Below are positions 29,199 to 46,805 of a stretch of 64,000 nucleotides of DNA, in pieces. The stretch's first letter is position 1. Every line of letters begins with the position of its first letter. A program made the position numbers and the translations under genes. The notes below the pieces were generated by a model. It had not been told where the DNA came from, ran no database searches, and saw only the letters and a program-made list of their open reading frames with translations. Origin of the DNA: Escherichia coli (GTDB taxonomy: Bacteria; Pseudomonadota; Gammaproteobacteria; Enterobacterales; Enterobacteriaceae); the NCBI RefSeq assembly GCF_024700885.2, contig NZ_CP117016.1, one strand, 5' to 3'.

Positions 29199-29690
29199 AT
29201 GAACATACTTCTCTCTATTGCAATCACAACAGGCATTCTCTCCGGTATCTGGGGATGGGTGGCTGTTTCCCTGGGCTTACTAAGCTGGGCGGGCTTCCTG
29301 GGCTGTACGGCCTACTTTGCCTGCCCGAAAGGTGGGCTGAAAGGGCTGGCGATCTCCGCTGCAACCCTGCTTAGTGGCGTGGTGTGGGCGATGGTCATTA
29401 TTTACGGTAGTGCACTGGCACCACATCTGGAAATTCTCGGTTATGTCATAACCGGTATTGTCGCGTTTCTGATGTGTATTCAGGCCAAACAGCTGCTGCT
29501 TTCATTTGTTCCGGGAACGTTTATAGGCGCATGCGCGACGTTTGCCGGGCAGGGTGACTGGAAACTGGTGTTACCTTCGCTGGCGCTCGGGTTGATATTT
29601 GGTTACGCAATGAAAAACAGCGGCTTGTGGCTGGCGGCGCGTAGTACGAAGACCGCTCACCGTGAGCAGCAAATCAAAAATAAAGCGTGA
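29199..29690 (+). CDS. ycdZ: Inner-membrane protein YcdZ
   Basis: Hydrophobic 163-aa product starting MNILLSIAITTGILSG. Confidence 0.85.
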   Translation: MNILLSIAITTGILSGIWGWVAVSLGLLSWAGFLGCTAYFACPKGGLKGLAISAATLLSGVVWAMVIIYGSALAPHLEILGYVITGIVAFLMCIQAKQLLLSFVPGTFIGACATFAGQGDWKLVLPSLALGLIFGYAMKNSGLWLAARSTKTAHREQQIKNKA

Positions 29691-29717
29691 GGGGCACTCA
29701 CGCTTTCGCTTAAACAG

Positions 29718-29748
29718 TAAAATGCCGGATGATAATTCCGGCATTTTT
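29718..29748. terminator. Bidirectional rho-independent terminator between ycdZ and csgG
   Basis: AAAA-ATGCCGGA-TGATAAT-TCCGGCAT-TTTT: perfect 8-bp stem flanked by A-run and T-run. Confidence 0.65.
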
Positions 29749-29753
29749 ATCTA

Positions 29754-30587
29754 TCAGGATTCCGGTGGAACCGACATATGGCGGTATTTCACCAGAATGT
29801 CATTCTGCCGTTCTGCTTTGTTCTGCAAATCCCAAAGACCGCGGTCGATACCATCATTAATCAGGAAAATGACGCCTGTTTCGATAGCCGACATCAGGCA
29901 CAGCATAACGGGTTCGTTCGAGGTGTAACCCACTTCCCCTTCCAGCAAGCGCTGGTAGTCAATAAAGCGGAAGACCCCCGCCTGAACTTCATAGGAAAGT
30001 ATCGTCTTACTGGTGTTCACCGAGGAGAGGATCTCACCGGTACTCACATTGACGACACGCAGGTTCACGGCAATCTGATCAAGCTGGTATTGCGTGTCGG
30101 CACCGATCCCAAAATATCTTGCCCCAACACCGCCCGATTTAACGTTGCTTTCATAACCGATAATCGAACCTTCAACCATGATATTTGCCGCCGTTAAAGA
30201 TTGCAGCGGGATTCGGTTATTAATGGCAACCGTGCCGTTTTCTTGTGCCGCACGAATAATCTTGCGCTCGTTAAGCAGGTTTTGTAAGCCCTGGCGCTCC
30301 AGCGGTATAAACCAGCGAGAATCTTTCAATGCCGTGACCAGCATTGCCGTGGCGCTTTGCGGAACAGCAGTGGAGAAGTTACTTGCCGGGTAAGGTTTAA
30401 ATTGCCCGGTTTCGTCCTGAATGTTGTATACCGAAACAAAGATCTTACCCGTCGGCGCTGGCAGATGGGTCAAATCTTTGTAGCTCTGAGCACGAGGCAT
30501 TAATGTCGGTCTGGCGGCTTCTTTAGGCGGGGCGGTTAAGCATCCGCTCAGTAACATGACGGCAACCAAAAGAAATAAGCGCTGCAT
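29754..30587 (-). CDS. csgG: Curli secretion channel lipoprotein CsgG
   Basis: MQRLFLLVAVMLLSGC lipobox; 277 aa. Confidence 0.95.
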   Translation of the reverse strand: MQRLFLLVAVMLLSGCLTAPPKEAARPTLMPRAQSYKDLTHLPAPTGKIFVSVYNIQDETGQFKPYPASNFSTAVPQSATAMLVTALKDSRWFIPLERQGLQNLLNERKIIRAAQENGTVAINNRIPLQSLTAANIMVEGSIIGYESNVKSGGVGARYFGIGADTQYQLDQIAVNLRVVNVSTGEILSSVNTSKTILSYEVQAGVFRFIDYQRLLEGEVGYTSNEPVMLCLMSAIETGVIFLINDGIDRGLWDLQNKAERQNDILVKYRHMSVPPES

Positions 30588-30613
30588 GATTATTTTCCTT
30601 ATGAAGCTGGGGC

Positions 30614-31030
30614 TTAAAAATCGGTTGAGTTATTTTGTAAACCCGAAACCTGGATGGTCGAGGTTTGTCCGGTTTTACGATCTGTCACGTTCAACTGCAA
30701 TTGACCATCGCGGTTAGCAATATCAACAATATAATCGTTGGTCACCATGCGGCCCGGTTTACCGGTATTAATATTCGACAGTAGCCCACCTAAAATTTGT
30801 GACTGGATGGCCTGAGTAAAGTTATCTAACGCTGAGGGTGTTTCAATACCATAGTCATCGTTATAGCTCGGATCTTTATACGAGTTTTGTGCCTGGGCGC
30901 TATTTAATAAAAAAGCGCCATTATTTGGGTTACCACCAAAGTTTGGATTACGGAACTGAAAAGTCATGGTTCCAGCCCAACTTAATGGCGAAATAAGCAT
31001 GAGTAGAACTACTGCATGTTTGACACGCAT
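30614..31030 (-). CDS. csgF: Curli assembly protein CsgF
   Basis: 138 aa with signal peptide; operon position. Confidence 0.95.
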   Translation of the reverse strand: MRVKHAVVLLMLISPLSWAGTMTFQFRNPNFGGNPNNGAFLLNSAQAQNSYKDPSYNDDYGIETPSALDNFTQAIQSQILGGLLSNINTGKPGRMVTNDYIVDIANRDGQLQLNVTDRKTGQTSTIQVSGLQNNSTDF

Positions 31031-31054
31031 TGCAGCCTCCGAACAATTTTTTAT

Positions 31055-31444
31055 TTAGAATTCATCATGCGCCAAATCGCCCGTACTTAATAACGCCTGA
31101 TTTATCTGGCGACGATTTAGTGCTTCTTCAGTTTGAATCAGTGCAAAGACGACAGTTTTTTCGAAGTCTCTTTTCAACGGGAATAAAAAAGTCTGGAAAA
31201 TAACGTCCTGATTGACCGTTATAGTGATCCAGCTTCCCCATCGTGCACTGGGCCTTTCATTAATCGTTAAGTTACCCGTATAGTCACTTTCCCATTTATC
31301 ACTAAAGGCTCGGTAAAAATCATGGCCAATAGATGAAACAGTATGGTCAGTTAACAATCCCGGGACTTCTACCTCAACGGCGTGAAGATTCCCTGCGGCG
31401 AACAGAAATTCTGCCGCCACAATCCAGCGTAAATAACGTTTCAT
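31055..31444 (-). CDS. csgE: Curli assembly protein CsgE
   Basis: 129 aa; operon position. Confidence 0.95.
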
Positions 31445-31448
31445 GGCT

Positions 31449-32099
<651 letters not shown>

Positions 32100-32853
32100 G
32101 ATGAAACCCCGCTTTTTTTATTGATCGCACACCTGACAGCTGCCTCTAAAATAGAAGCACCAGAAGTACTGACAGATGTTGCACTGCTGTGTGTAGTAAT
32201 AAATCAGCCCTAAATGGGTAAAATATAAAACTAATGGATTACATCTGATTTCAATCTAGCCATTACAAATCTTAAATCAAGTGTTAAACATGTAACTAAA
32301 TGTAACTCGTTATATTAAAATGTTAATCTTAAGGTTTTATTAAGTTTAGAAATGATAGAAAAGTTGTACATTTGGTTTTTATTGCACAATTTTAAAAAAT
32401 CATACAAATGGTGCTAACTTACTAATAATGCATATAAAAAATATTTCGGTGTAGTCCTTTCGTCATGTAAAACGTTCTTGTTTTTTCTTCACACCTCCGT
32501 GGACAATTTTTTACTGCAAAAAGACGAGGTTTGTCACGGCTTGTGCGCAAGACATATCGCAGCAATCAGCGACGGGCAAGAAGAATGGCTGTCTGGTGAT
32601 TTTTGATTGCGGAAAACGGAGATTTAAAAGAAAACAAAATATTTTTTTGCGTAGATAACAGCGTATTTACGTGGGTTTTAATACTTTGGTATGAACAAAA
32701 AAAGAAAAATACAACGCGCGGGTGAGTTATTAAAAATATTTCCGCAGACATACTTTCCATCGTAACGCAGCGTTAACAAAATACAGGTTGCGTTAACAAC
32801 CAAGTTGAAATGATTTAATTTCTTAAATGTACGACCAGGTCCAGGGTGACAAC
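32100..32853. promoter_or_regulatory. csgD-csgB divergent intergenic regulatory region (754 bp, AT-rich)
   Basis: 754-bp non-coding AT-rich segment between divergent csgD and csgB starts, matching the known curli control region; individual binding sites not mapped here. Confidence 0.7.
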
Positions 32854-33309
32854 ATGAAAAACAAATTGTTATTTATGATGTTAACAATACTGGGTGCGCC
32901 TGGGATTGCAGCCGCAGCAGGTTATGATTTAGCTAATTCAGAATATAACTTCGCGGTAAATGAATTGAGTAAGTCTTCATTTAATCAGGCAGCCATAATT
33001 GGTCAAGCTGGGACTAATAATAGTGCTCAGGTACGGCAGGGAGGCTCAAAACTTTTGGCGGTTGTTGCGCAAGAAGGTAGTAGCAATCGGGCAAAGATTG
33101 ACCAGACAGGAGATTATAACCTTGCATATATTGATCAGGCGGGCAGTGCCAACGATGCCAGTATTTCGCAAGGTGCTTATGGTAATACTGCGATGATTAT
33201 CCAGAAAGGTTCTGGTAATAAAGCAAATATTACACAGTATGGTACTCAAAAAACGGCAATTGTAGTGCAGAGACAGTCGCAAATGGCAATTCGCGTGACA
33301 CAACGTTAA
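32854..33309 (+). CDS. csgB: Minor curlin nucleator CsgB
   Basis: Signal peptide MKNKLLFMMLTILGAPGIAAA followed by Q/N/G-rich repeats. Confidence 0.95.
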   Translation: MKNKLLFMMLTILGAPGIAAAAGYDLANSEYNFAVNELSKSSFNQAAIIGQAGTNNSAQVRQGGSKLLAVVAQEGSSNRAKIDQTGDYNLAYIDQAGSANDASISQGAYGNTAMIIQKGSGNKANITQYGTQKTAIVVQRQSQMAIRVTQR

Positions 33310-33349
33310 TTACTATTCGACTTTTAAATCAATCCGATGGGGGTTTTAC

Positions 33350-33808
33350 ATGAAACTTTTAAAAGTAGCAGCAATTGCAGCAATCGTATTCTCCGGTAGC
33401 GCTCTGGCAGGTGTTGTTCCTCAGTACGGCGGCGGTGGCGGTAACCACGGTGGTGGCGGTAATAACAGCGGCCCGAATTCAGAGCTGAACATTTACCAGT
33501 ACGGTGGCGGTAACTCTGCTCTTGCTCTGCAAGCTGACGCCCGTAACTCTGATCTGACCATTACCCAGCACGGCGGCGGTAACGGCGCAGATGTTGGCCA
33601 AGGTTCTGATGACAGCTCAATCGATCTGACTCAGCGTGGTTTCGGCAACAGCGCTACTCTTGATCAGTGGAATGGTAAAGATTCTACTATGACTGTTAAA
33701 CAGTTCGGTGGCGGTAACGGTGCTGCTGTTGACCAGACTGCATCTAACTCCAGCGTTAACGTCACTCAGGTTGGCTTTGGTAACAACGCGACCGCTCATC
33801 AGTACTAA
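33350..33808 (+). CDS. csgA: Major curlin subunit CsgA
   Basis: Signal peptide and five S-x5-Q-x-G-x-G-N-x-A repeats. Confidence 0.95.
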   Translation: MKLLKVAAIAAIVFSGSALAGVVPQYGGGGGNHGGGGNNSGPNSELNIYQYGGGNSALALQADARNSDLTITQHGGGNGADVGQGSDDSSIDLTQRGFGNSATLDQWNGKDSTMTVKQFGGGNGAAVDQTASNSSVNVTQVGFGNNATAHQY

Positions 33809-33828
33809 TACATCCTCTGTATTAAAGA

Positions 33829-33854
33829 AACAGGGCGCAAGCCCTGTTTTTTTT
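33829..33854 (+). terminator. Rho-independent terminator after csgA
   Basis: CAGGGC-GCAA-GCCCTG hairpin followed by TTTTTTTT. Confidence 0.7.
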
Positions 33855-33866
33855 CGGGAGAAGAAT

Positions 33867-34250
<384 letters not shown>

Positions 34251-34251
34251 G

Positions 34252-34631
<380 letters not shown>

Positions 34632-34725
34632 GTTTCTGAACAACTCACCTTGCTGAGCAGAAAAATGCGATTTAACCAAAAAGCCTGCTGTACACTTAAG
34701 AAACAAGAAGGTGTAAGGAGGCGTT

Positions 34726-35259
34726 ATGAAAACGCGTATTCATGTTGTGCAGGGTGATATTACCAAACTGGCCGTTGATGTGATTGTGAATGCGGCTAAT
34801 CCGTCATTAATGGGAGGCGGCGGCGTCGATGGGGCCATTCATCGCGCAGCGGGTCCGGCGCTGCTGGATGCCTGTTTAAAAGTCAGGCAACAGCAGGGCG
34901 ATTGCCCTACGGGGCATGCCGTTATTACGCTTGCAGGCGATCTTCCCGCTAAAGCCGTAGTGCACACCGTCGGGCCAGTCTGGCGTGGTGGTGAACAAAA
35001 CGAAGACCAGCTTTTGCAGGATGCCTATCTCAATAGCCTACGACTGGTGGCGGCAAACAGCTATACGTCAGTGGCTTTTCCTGCAATTAGTACTGGGGTT
35101 TATGGTTACCCTCGTGCGGCAGCGGCTGAAATCGCAGTAAAAACCGTTTCAGAATTTATTACCCGTCACGCTTTACCCGAACAGGTATACTTTGTCTGTT
35201 ATGATGAAGAAAACGCCCACCTCTACGAAAGACTCCTTACTCAACAAGGAGATGAATGA
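34726..35259 (+). CDS. ymdB: O-acetyl-ADP-ribose deacetylase (macrodomain) YmdB
   Basis: [43 protein letters not shown]: macrodomain motifs. Confidence 0.95.
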
Positions 35260-36682
35260 TTTGCCCCGGCTGGCGAGCGCGGTGCTGCCACTGTGTTCGC
35301 AACATCCCGGTCAGTGTGGCCTTTTTCCTCTGGAGAAAAGTCTGGATGCGTTTGCCGCCCGGTATCGTCTGGCCGAAATGGCAGAGCATACGCTGGATGT
35401 TCAGTATTACATCTGGCAGGACGATATGTCGGGTCGGTTACTGTTTTCCGCCCTGTTAGCCGCAGCAAAGCGTGGCGTTCGCGTCCGTTTGTTGCTGGAT
35501 GACAACAATACGCCCGGACTTGACGACATTTTACGCTTGCTTGACAGTCATCCACGCATTGAAGTCCGGCTTTTTAATCCTTTCTCGTTTCGCTTGCTGC
35601 GTCCGCTTGGTTATATCACCGACTTTTCCCGTCTCAATCGCCGTATGCACAATAAAAGTTTCACTGTCGATGGCGTGGTTACCCTGGTGGGAGGACGAAA
35701 TATTGGTGATGCCTATTTTGGTGCAGGGGAAGAGCCACTTTTTTCGGATTTAGATGTCATGGCAATAGGACCAGTTGTAGAGGACGTTGCCGATGATTTC
35801 GCCCGCTACTGGTATTGCAAATCGGTTTCACCCCTACAGCAGGTGCTGGATGTCCCGGAAGGTGAAATGGCGGATCGCATCGAGTTACCAGCATCCTGGC
35901 ACAACGATGCCATGACGCATCGTTATTTACGCAAAATGGAATCCAGCCCGTTTATAAATCATCTGGTTGATGGAACGTTGCCGCTTATCTGGGCGAAAAC
36001 ACGTTTATTAAGTGATGATCCGGCGAAAGGGGAAGGCAAGGCAAAACGGCATTCACTGTTACCGCAGCGCCTGTTCGATATCATGGGCTCACCCAGTGAA
36101 CGCATCGATATTATCTCTTCCTATTTTGTACCGACACGCGCAGGTGTGGCGCAACTCTTACGGATGGTGAGAAAAGGGGTAAAGATTGCGATCCTAACCA
36201 ATTCTCTTGCCGCTAACGATGTTGCTGTCGTCCATGCCGGATACGCGCGCTGGCGCAAAAAATTGCTCCGCTATGGCGTGGAATTATATGAACTCAAGCC
36301 GACGCGTGAACAAAGTAGTACGTTACACGATCGCGGCATAACCGGTAATTCCGGTGCCAGCCTGCATGCTAAAACCTTTAGCATCGATGGTAAAACGGTG
36401 TTTATCGGCTCTTTCAATTTCGATCCACGTTCGACATTGCTCAATACTGAAATGGGCTTCGTGATAGAGAGCGAAACGCTGGCACAGTTAATTGATAAAC
36501 GCTTTATTCAGAGCCAGTATGATGCGGCCTGGCAGCTCCGTCTGGACAGGTGGGGACGGATCAACTGGGTTGATCGTCATGCAAAGAAAGAGATTGTTCT
36601 CAAAAAAGAACCCGCCACCAGTTTCTGGAAGCGGGTTATGGTCAAACTGGCGTCGATATTGCCCGTGGAATGGTTATTGTAA
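35252..36682 (+). CDS. clsC: Cardiolipin synthase C (phospholipase D family)
   Basis: Two HxK(x)4D-like motifs (HNKSFTVDG..., HAKTFSIDG...); start taken at MNDLPRLA, overlapping ymdB stop by 8 nt; start uncertain. Confidence 0.85.
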   Translation: MNDLPRLASAVLPLCSQHPGQCGLFPLEKSLDAFAARYRLAEMAEHTLDVQYYIWQDDMSGRLLFSALLAAAKRGVRVRLLLDDNNTPGLDDILRLLDSHPRIEVRLFNPFSFRLLRPLGYITDFSRLNRRMHNKSFTVDGVVTLVGGRNIGDAYFGAGEEPLFSDLDVMAIGPVVEDVADDFARYWYCKSVSPLQQVLDVPEGEMADRIELPASWHNDAMTHRYLRKMESSPFINHLVDGTLPLIWAKTRLLSDDPAKGEGKAKRHSLLPQRLFDIMGSPSERIDIISSYFVPTRAGVAQLLRMVRKGVKIAILTNSLAANDVAVVHAGYARWRKKLLRYGVELYELKPTREQSSTLHDRGITGNSGASLHAKTFSIDGKTVFIGSFNFDPRSTLLNTEMGFVIESETLAQLIDKRFIQSQYDAAWQLRLDRWGRINWVDRHAKKEIVLKKEPATSFWKRVMVKLASILPVEWLL

Positions 36683-36689
36683 ACGCGGC

Positions 36690-37847
36690 TTAACGGGCTG
36701 GTGCTTTATCGTTCTCACGCTTAACAACCGGTTTACCAGAGAACAAAAACTTCAGTAATGGGATGCGTAAATGAATTTCATACAGAATTATCGCAATCCC
36801 TACTACGAATATCAGGCCACAGAGAAAACCAAGCCAGTTGGAGGTGATGTGCGGTGTAATGTACGCGCCGAAAAACAGCGTTAACGGGTGGTGAACCAGA
36901 TAGATAAACAGCGATGCGTTAACAAAGTAAGTCACCCGCGCTGACTGGAAGTTAAGCAAACGGTGGCCGAAGGAGAAGACCACATTCACCATCCACAGAC
37001 CGAGGACCATGGTGATCACCGACTCGGTTTCGTACATCCAGGCATCGCCACTGCCATAGCGCTGGTTGAGTAAGTAAGCGACAAATGCCAATGCTGCTGC
37101 GAGGGTACAGCCACGAGACGGCGTGGTAAACAAGGCTTTAAGATGAGGGAAAATGAAAGCCAGTGCGCCGAGGATAAAGAACGGCAAATAAAATAGCGTT
37201 TGCATGACAATAAAATTGAACATGCCGTTACTCAGAATGGGCGGATACACAATAAAAATCGTTCTTCTTATTACCGCATAGCCGATGCCGAGGCACAAAA
37301 AAATCACCGATAGTTTTACCATCGAGAATTTTTTATTCGTTTTATCAGAATTTTCTAAATTATTTCTGATGCGTTTAAATATCCAGACGCACAGCGTCGT
37401 CATGACCACTAACACCAATAAAAACCACAGGTGCGATATTAATTCCCAGGCCAACGTATTATATTTGTCATACAATGACAGTCCAGGCCAACTTTCCGCT
37501 TTCCCTTTGACGTATTGCAGCATAATAAATTGCGGTAATGTCAGTAGGGGGATGGCTGTTAACATCGGGATACCTACACGTTCGACACGTACTTTCCACC
37601 ATTTTTTCAAGGGATAGCGTAAAAAAAGCATGTAGGAAAAGTACCCGGATATAACGAAAAATACCTGCATGCGGAACGAGTGGATGAAGTCATTAAAAAG
37701 GGTCAGCCACAATGACGGTTCGGCGCTATTCACATGCCATGTATGGCTCGAATAGATTAAAGAAATATGAAAAGGGATCCCTAACAACATCAGCCAGGCG
37801 CGGATGGAGTCGAGAAAATATTCACGTTGCGCGGGTACTGGATTCAT
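36690..37847 (-). CDS. opgC: Glucans biosynthesis (succinylation) protein OpgC
   Basis: 385-aa polytopic membrane protein; conserved position. Confidence 0.9.
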   Translation of the reverse strand: MNPVPAQREYFLDSIRAWLMLLGIPFHISLIYSSHTWHVNSAEPSLWLTLFNDFIHSFRMQVFFVISGYFSYMLFLRYPLKKWWKVRVERVGIPMLTAIPLLTLPQFIMLQYVKGKAESWPGLSLYDKYNTLAWELISHLWFLLVLVVMTTLCVWIFKRIRNNLENSDKTNKKFSMVKLSVIFLCLGIGYAVIRRTIFIVYPPILSNGMFNFIVMQTLFYLPFFILGALAFIFPHLKALFTTPSRGCTLAAALAFVAYLLNQRYGSGDAWMYETESVITMVLGLWMVNVVFSFGHRLLNFQSARVTYFVNASLFIYLVHHPLTLFFGAYITPHITSNWLGFLCGLIFVVGIAIILYEIHLRIPLLKFLFSGKPVVKRENDKAPAR

Positions 37848-38129
37848 ATATGGTTAACTAATCTCGGATTTTTCGTCTTATCCCTGTCGGGTTATGCCTT
37901 TAGGCTTGTTGCCATAGCGACACCGACCTGACCGCGCCAGGCGCAGGCTTCAAGGTTTTTATGCATAGCATCATCGCTACCACTAACCAGAATGGAAGCG
38001 TCTGTAAGACGGTTGATAAATAAATTTGCTGGCAAACCCTACACGAAGTCGATGCTTCTGTCTTTAGGAGAAGCACGGAAAGTGAAAACGGTTGCAATCA
38101 GGTGCTTAATCCATGAGCCAGCGTGCTGA

Positions 38130-42312
<4,183 letters not shown>

Positions 42313-42322
42313 AAACGTAGTT

Positions 42323-42416
42323 GCCTGATGAGCTACGCTTATCAGGCCTACATCGCTCCTGCAATATGTTGATTTTGCAAGATTTTGTAGGTCGGATAAG
42401 GCGTTCACGCCACATC
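42323..42416. repeat. REP/BIME element (two inverted REP copies)
   Basis: GCCTGATGAGCTACGCTTATCAGGCCTACA and GTAGGTCGGATAAGGCGTTCACGCCACATC, classic REP consensus in opposite orientations. Confidence 0.8.
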
Positions 42417-42442
42417 TGGCAAAAACAACGAGCCAATAAAAA

Positions 42443-42467
42443 TACCGGCGTTATGCCGGTATTTTTT
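42443..42467 (+). terminator. Rho-independent terminator downstream of opgH
   Basis: TACCGGC-GTTAT-GCCGGTA hairpin followed by TTTTTT. Confidence 0.7.
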
Positions 42468-42483
42468 ACGGAAGAGGTATCAA

Positions 42484-42711
42484 ATGCGTTTAATTGTGGT
42501 GAGCATCATGGTGACCTTGCTGAGTGGCTGTGGCAGCATTATTAGTCGCACTATACCGGGGCAGGGGCATGGCAACCAATATTATCCCGGTGTGCAATGG
42601 GATGTGCGTGACTCCGCCTGGCGTTATGTCACGATCCTTGATCTGCCATTCTCCCTGGTTTTTGATACTTTACTGCTGCCGATCGACATTCATCATGGCC
42701 CGTATGAGTGA
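42484..42711 (+). CDS. yceK: Lipoprotein YceK
   Basis: 75 aa, lipobox LLSGC. Confidence 0.9.
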   Translation: MRLIVVSIMVTLLSGCGSIISRTIPGQGHGNQYYPGVQWDVRDSAWRYVTILDLPFSLVFDTLLLPIDIHHGPYE

Positions 42712-43086
42712 TTAACGTTCATCCCACTCATCAGCTGCTGCGCGTCCTTCCTCGGTATCCAGCGGTGGCTCAAGCTGAAATTCCCCCTCGTCCCATTCAT
42801 GTAATGTATTCTCTTCCTGCCACTCCTGGCGGATCTCTATCTCATCATAGTCGCCATCAAAAACACTTTGCGCGGCTTCACCGCTAAGCATAGGTAAACA
42901 TTCACCTTCTTCCCCTTCGTCGGCAAAAAACTCAACTTGCCACATGATGTCGCCGTCCTGCAAAACGTATTTTTGGGCATTGAACTGTTGCACATTCGCG
43001 TCTTCGGCGTCGATGCCGGGGTTGTCTGCAAGAAATTCTTCGCGTGCAGCGTCAATGGCTTCTTCAAGCGTTGCGTACATGGTCAT
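42712..43086 (-). CDS. msyB: Acidic protein MsyB
   Basis: Highly acidic 124-aa product MTMYATLEEAIDAAREEF... Confidence 0.9.
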   Translation of the reverse strand: MTMYATLEEAIDAAREEFLADNPGIDAEDANVQQFNAQKYVLQDGDIMWQVEFFADEGEEGECLPMLSGEAAQSVFDGDYDEIEIRQEWQEENTLHEWDEGEFQLEPPLDTEEGRAAADEWDER

Positions 43087-43168
43087 CACGATTCTCCCTT
43101 TGAGTTGATGAGGTTTCAGGGAAAAGGATAGCTGATTCTCCGCTTTTGCAAGTATGAAAGGCGAAAAA

Positions 43169-44395
43169 TCAGTTCGATACCTGGGGTATTCGACGACGAC
43201 GTAGACTGTTCCATGAATAGACTGCGTTGAATAATACTACGCCAGCGGTGACGAGAAATACCGCTCTGAAACCGTAGTTCGCTGAAATCGCGGCTCCCAT
43301 CAATGGTCCGGTAACGTTGCCAATATCACGAAACGATTGGTTATAGCTGAAGATACGCCCGGCGATCTGGTTGCTCGAGTTATAAACTAACAGTGTCTGT
43401 ACGGCGGGGAGTAGTGCACCATCAGCGGCACCGAGCAAAAAACGTAAAATCCCAAGTTGCAATGGCGTCTGAACGTAAGACATTGGGATCAACAGCAGTA
43501 CAGAAAAGATCAGCGCCGTAATCAGGATCTTTTCGGGGCCGATTCGATCGCCAAGTTTGCCGAGTCGTGGTGCACTCAGCAGAGCAGCTACGCCTGGCAC
43601 CGAGGCGATCATGCCACTGATAAAGGCGACGTTACTGACGTTACCCGCCAGTTCGCGGACATACAGCGTCAGAATGGGGGCAATTGAGCCCGTTGCCACC
43701 TGGATGATTAACGTGGTGACAAACAGGCTGAGTACCAGTTTCGGGTTTTTAAGTGATGTCACCACTTCACGCATGTGCAGCATCTCTTTTTTGCTGACCG
43801 GCTGGAATTTTTCTCTGATGCAAAACAGGGTGACGAAAAAGCAGAGTATGAGCACACTGGCGGTAATAAAGAATACCGGACGTAAGCCGTAGCTATCGGC
43901 GAGCAGGCCGCCAGCCATTGGGCCGAGCAACGCACCGCTAACGCCGCCTGTGGAAAGCGTCCCCAGCGCCCAGCCGCTTTTATTACGCGGTACTTGTGTG
44001 GCGATAAGAGCATTAGCGTTGGGGACAAATCCGCCAAGTAACCCAAGAAGCGCCCGCAGGATCAAAAACTGCCAGATATTTTGTGCCAGCCCCATCAACA
44101 CCATCACGATGCCCATGCCGAGGGCAGAGCGTAATAGCATGAGTTTGCGGCCTTTACGGTCGGCGAGTCCACCCCAAAACGGTGAGGCGATGGCCGAAAA
44201 TAAAAATGTAATGCTGAAGACAATACCGGACCACATATTCAAGGCGGAGTGGCCCGTAACGCCAAGCTGCTCAACGTAGAGGGGTAAGAAGGGCATTACC
44301 AGGCTGAAGGCGGCACCCGTAAGAAAACAGCCTAGCCAGGCGACGATCAGGTTTCGTTTCCAGTTTATAGGGGTGTCATTTTCACAGGGTGACAT
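43169..44395 (-). CDS. mdtG: MFS multidrug efflux transporter MdtG
   Basis: 408-aa polytopic MFS protein; conserved position. Confidence 0.9.
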
Positions 44396-44566
44396 AGCAA
44401 TCCGCTGTTGGTGCGCCAGGCGCGGTGAACATAAGAAGAAAAGATAAGCACACTAATTATGCGCCCGACTTCCAGGGGGCGCAATCCAGAGAGCTTTTAT
44501 CGCTAAATCAGGGGGATTTGCTGTGGTAATGCCGGATACCCTTCTGAAGCATCCGGCATGGGAGAT

Positions 44567-45487
44567 TTAATAGCGTGAAGGAACGCCTTCCGGGCGTGTT
44601 TTAAAGCGACGGTGTAACCACATATACTGCTCTGGTGCCATCATGATGCATTTTTCTACCACTTTGTTCATCCACGCGGCGGTGGTTTCGGCATCATCCA
44701 GCGGCGGAGAACACTCTGGCGGCAGCATAATCAACTGATACCCTTTGCCATCTGGCTTACGGCGTGGAACGAAGGGCACCAGACATGCGCCGGACATCCG
44801 TGCCAGCATCCAGGTTCCGGTTGTGGTCGCAGCCTGCTCAACGGCAAACAACGGGACGAAAACGCTTGAGCGCGGGCCGTAATCATGATCCGGTGCGTAC
44901 CAGACCACTTCGCCTTTTTTCAGGGCTTTAATCATGCCTTTTAAATCTTTGCGGTCGAGCATCGATTTATTTGAGCGCAAACGGCCCCAGGTTTGTAGCC
45001 AGTCAATCAGTGGATTATCGTTCGGGCGGTAAACGCCAATGCCCGGCTCCTGCATACCAAACTGCCGCGCACCCAGCTCCAGGGTCAGAAAATGGATGCC
45101 AACTAACAGGATGCCGCGTTTTTGCGCCTGCACGTCACGAATGTGTTCCATGCCGATCACTTCCGTCCAGCGGGCGATTCTGCGGTCCGGCCAGAACCAC
45201 GCCATGCCAGTTTCCATCAGTCCCATGCCAACGGATTCGAAATTCTTCACCACCATTTTACGGCGTTCTTGTTCGCTCATTTCCGGGAAGCACAGTTCCA
45301 GGTTGCGATGCACAATTTTTGCGCGTCGTTTCATAAAACGTAACGCAAGTTTTCCTAATCCACAACCGAGGCGGTAGATAACCGGGTAGGGCAATTGCAC
45401 GACTAACCAAAGTACGCCAATACCCAACCAGGTTAACCAATAACGCGGATGAAGCAGTGCGGTGGAGAACTTGGGTAGATTCGTCAT
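44567..45487 (-). CDS. lpxL: Lipid A lauroyl acyltransferase LpxL
   Basis: Start taken at [17 protein letters not shown] (306 aa) rather than upstream ORF-track Met. Confidence 0.9.
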
Positions 45488-45711
45488 ATCAATCCTGTTT
45501 TTCAACCTATACGGGCAATTGTATGTATTGTCGCATTTTTTCGCCCGCAACCAAAATTTGTGACTGAAGACTGGGCGAAATTGCCGCGCTTGTAAATAAC
45601 AAATAATTTTTAATGCGCAAATGTAGCGTAAAATGTGTGGATGTTAATTATCGATAATTGCTATATCATGCCGCGGATTTTTACTTTCCCATCTCGCAGG
45701 AACCGTACACC

Positions 45712-46764
45712 ATGCCAGTGTTACACAACCGCATTTCCAACGACGCGTTAAAAGCCAAAATGTTGGCTGAGAGCGAACCGCGAACCACCATTTCGTTTTA
45801 TAAGTATTTCCACATCGCCGATCCTAAGGCGACCCGTGACGCTTTATATCAGCTGTTTACCGCGCTGGATGTTTTTGGGCGAGTGTATCTGGCGCATGAG
45901 GGCATTAACGCGCAAATCAGCGTACCTGCGAGCAATGTTGAAACATTTCGCGCGCAGCTTTATGCCTTCGACCCGGCTTTAGAGGGCTTACGCCTGAATA
46001 TCGCGTTGGATGATGACGGGAAATCCTTCTGGGTACTGCGCATGAAGGTCCGCGATCGTATCGTTGCCGACGGTATTGACGATCCTCACTTTGATGCCAG
46101 CAATGTGGGTGAGTATCTGCAAGCGGCGGAAGTGAACGCCATGCTTGACGATCCCGATGCATTGTTTATCGACATGCGTAACCACTATGAGTATGAAGTG
46201 GGGCACTTTGAAAACGCGCTGGAAATTCCGGCAGATACCTTCCGTGAGCAGCTGCCAAAAGCAGTCGAGATGATGCAGGCACATAAAGATAAAAAAATCG
46301 TCATGTACTGCACCGGCGGCATTCGTTGTGAAAAAGCCAGTGCCTGGATGAAACATAACGGATTCAACAAAGTCTGGCATATCGAGGGCGGAATTATTGA
46401 ATACGCCCGTAAGGCGCGCGAGCAGGGCTTGCCGGTGCGTTTTATTGGCAAAAATTTTGTTTTTGACGAGCGGATGGGCGAACGTATCTCTGATGAGATT
46501 ATCGCGCATTGCCACCAGTGCGGTGCGCCGTGCGACAGCCATACCAACTGTAAAAATGATGGCTGCCACCTGCTTTTTATTCAGTGTCCAGTATGTGCGG
46601 AAAAATACAAAGGTTGTTGTAGTGAGATTTGCTGCGAAGAAAGCGCGTTACCGCCTGAAGAACAGCGACGCCGTCGGGCAGGACGTGAAAATGGCAATAA
46701 GATCTTTAATAAGTCTCGTGGACGTCTGAATACAACACTGGGCATTCCTGATCCAACAGAATAA
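45712..46764 (+). CDS. yceA: Rhodanese-domain tRNA uridine hydroxylase YceA (TrhO)
   Basis: Start at [13 protein letters not shown]; rhodanese active-site Cys in CTGGIRCE. Confidence 0.9.
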   Translation: MPVLHNRISNDALKAKMLAESEPRTTISFYKYFHIADPKATRDALYQLFTALDVFGRVYLAHEGINAQISVPASNVETFRAQLYAFDPALEGLRLNIALDDDGKSFWVLRMKVRDRIVADGIDDPHFDASNVGEYLQAAEVNAMLDDPDALFIDMRNHYEYEVGHFENALEIPADTFREQLPKAVEMMQAHKDKKIVMYCTGGIRCEKASAWMKHNGFNKVWHIEGGIIEYARKAREQGLPVRFIGKNFVFDERMGERISDEIIAHCHQCGAPCDSHTNCKNDGCHLLFIQCPVCAEKYKGCCSEICCEESALPPEEQRRRRAGRENGNKIFNKSRGRLNTTLGIPDPTE

Positions 46765-46770
46765 ATATCA

Positions 46771-46795
46771 TTGCCGGATGCGTGCCATCCGGCAA
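46771..46795. terminator. Bidirectional terminator-like hairpin between yceA and yceI
   Basis: TTGCCGGATG-CGTGC-CATCCGGCAA perfect 10-bp stem. Confidence 0.45.
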
Positions 46796-46805
46796 CATTT
46801 CACGC

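Noticed and set aside
44971-45440. Plus- and minus-strand ORFs overlapping lpxL
   Set aside because: Antisense or out-of-frame relative to a conserved core gene.
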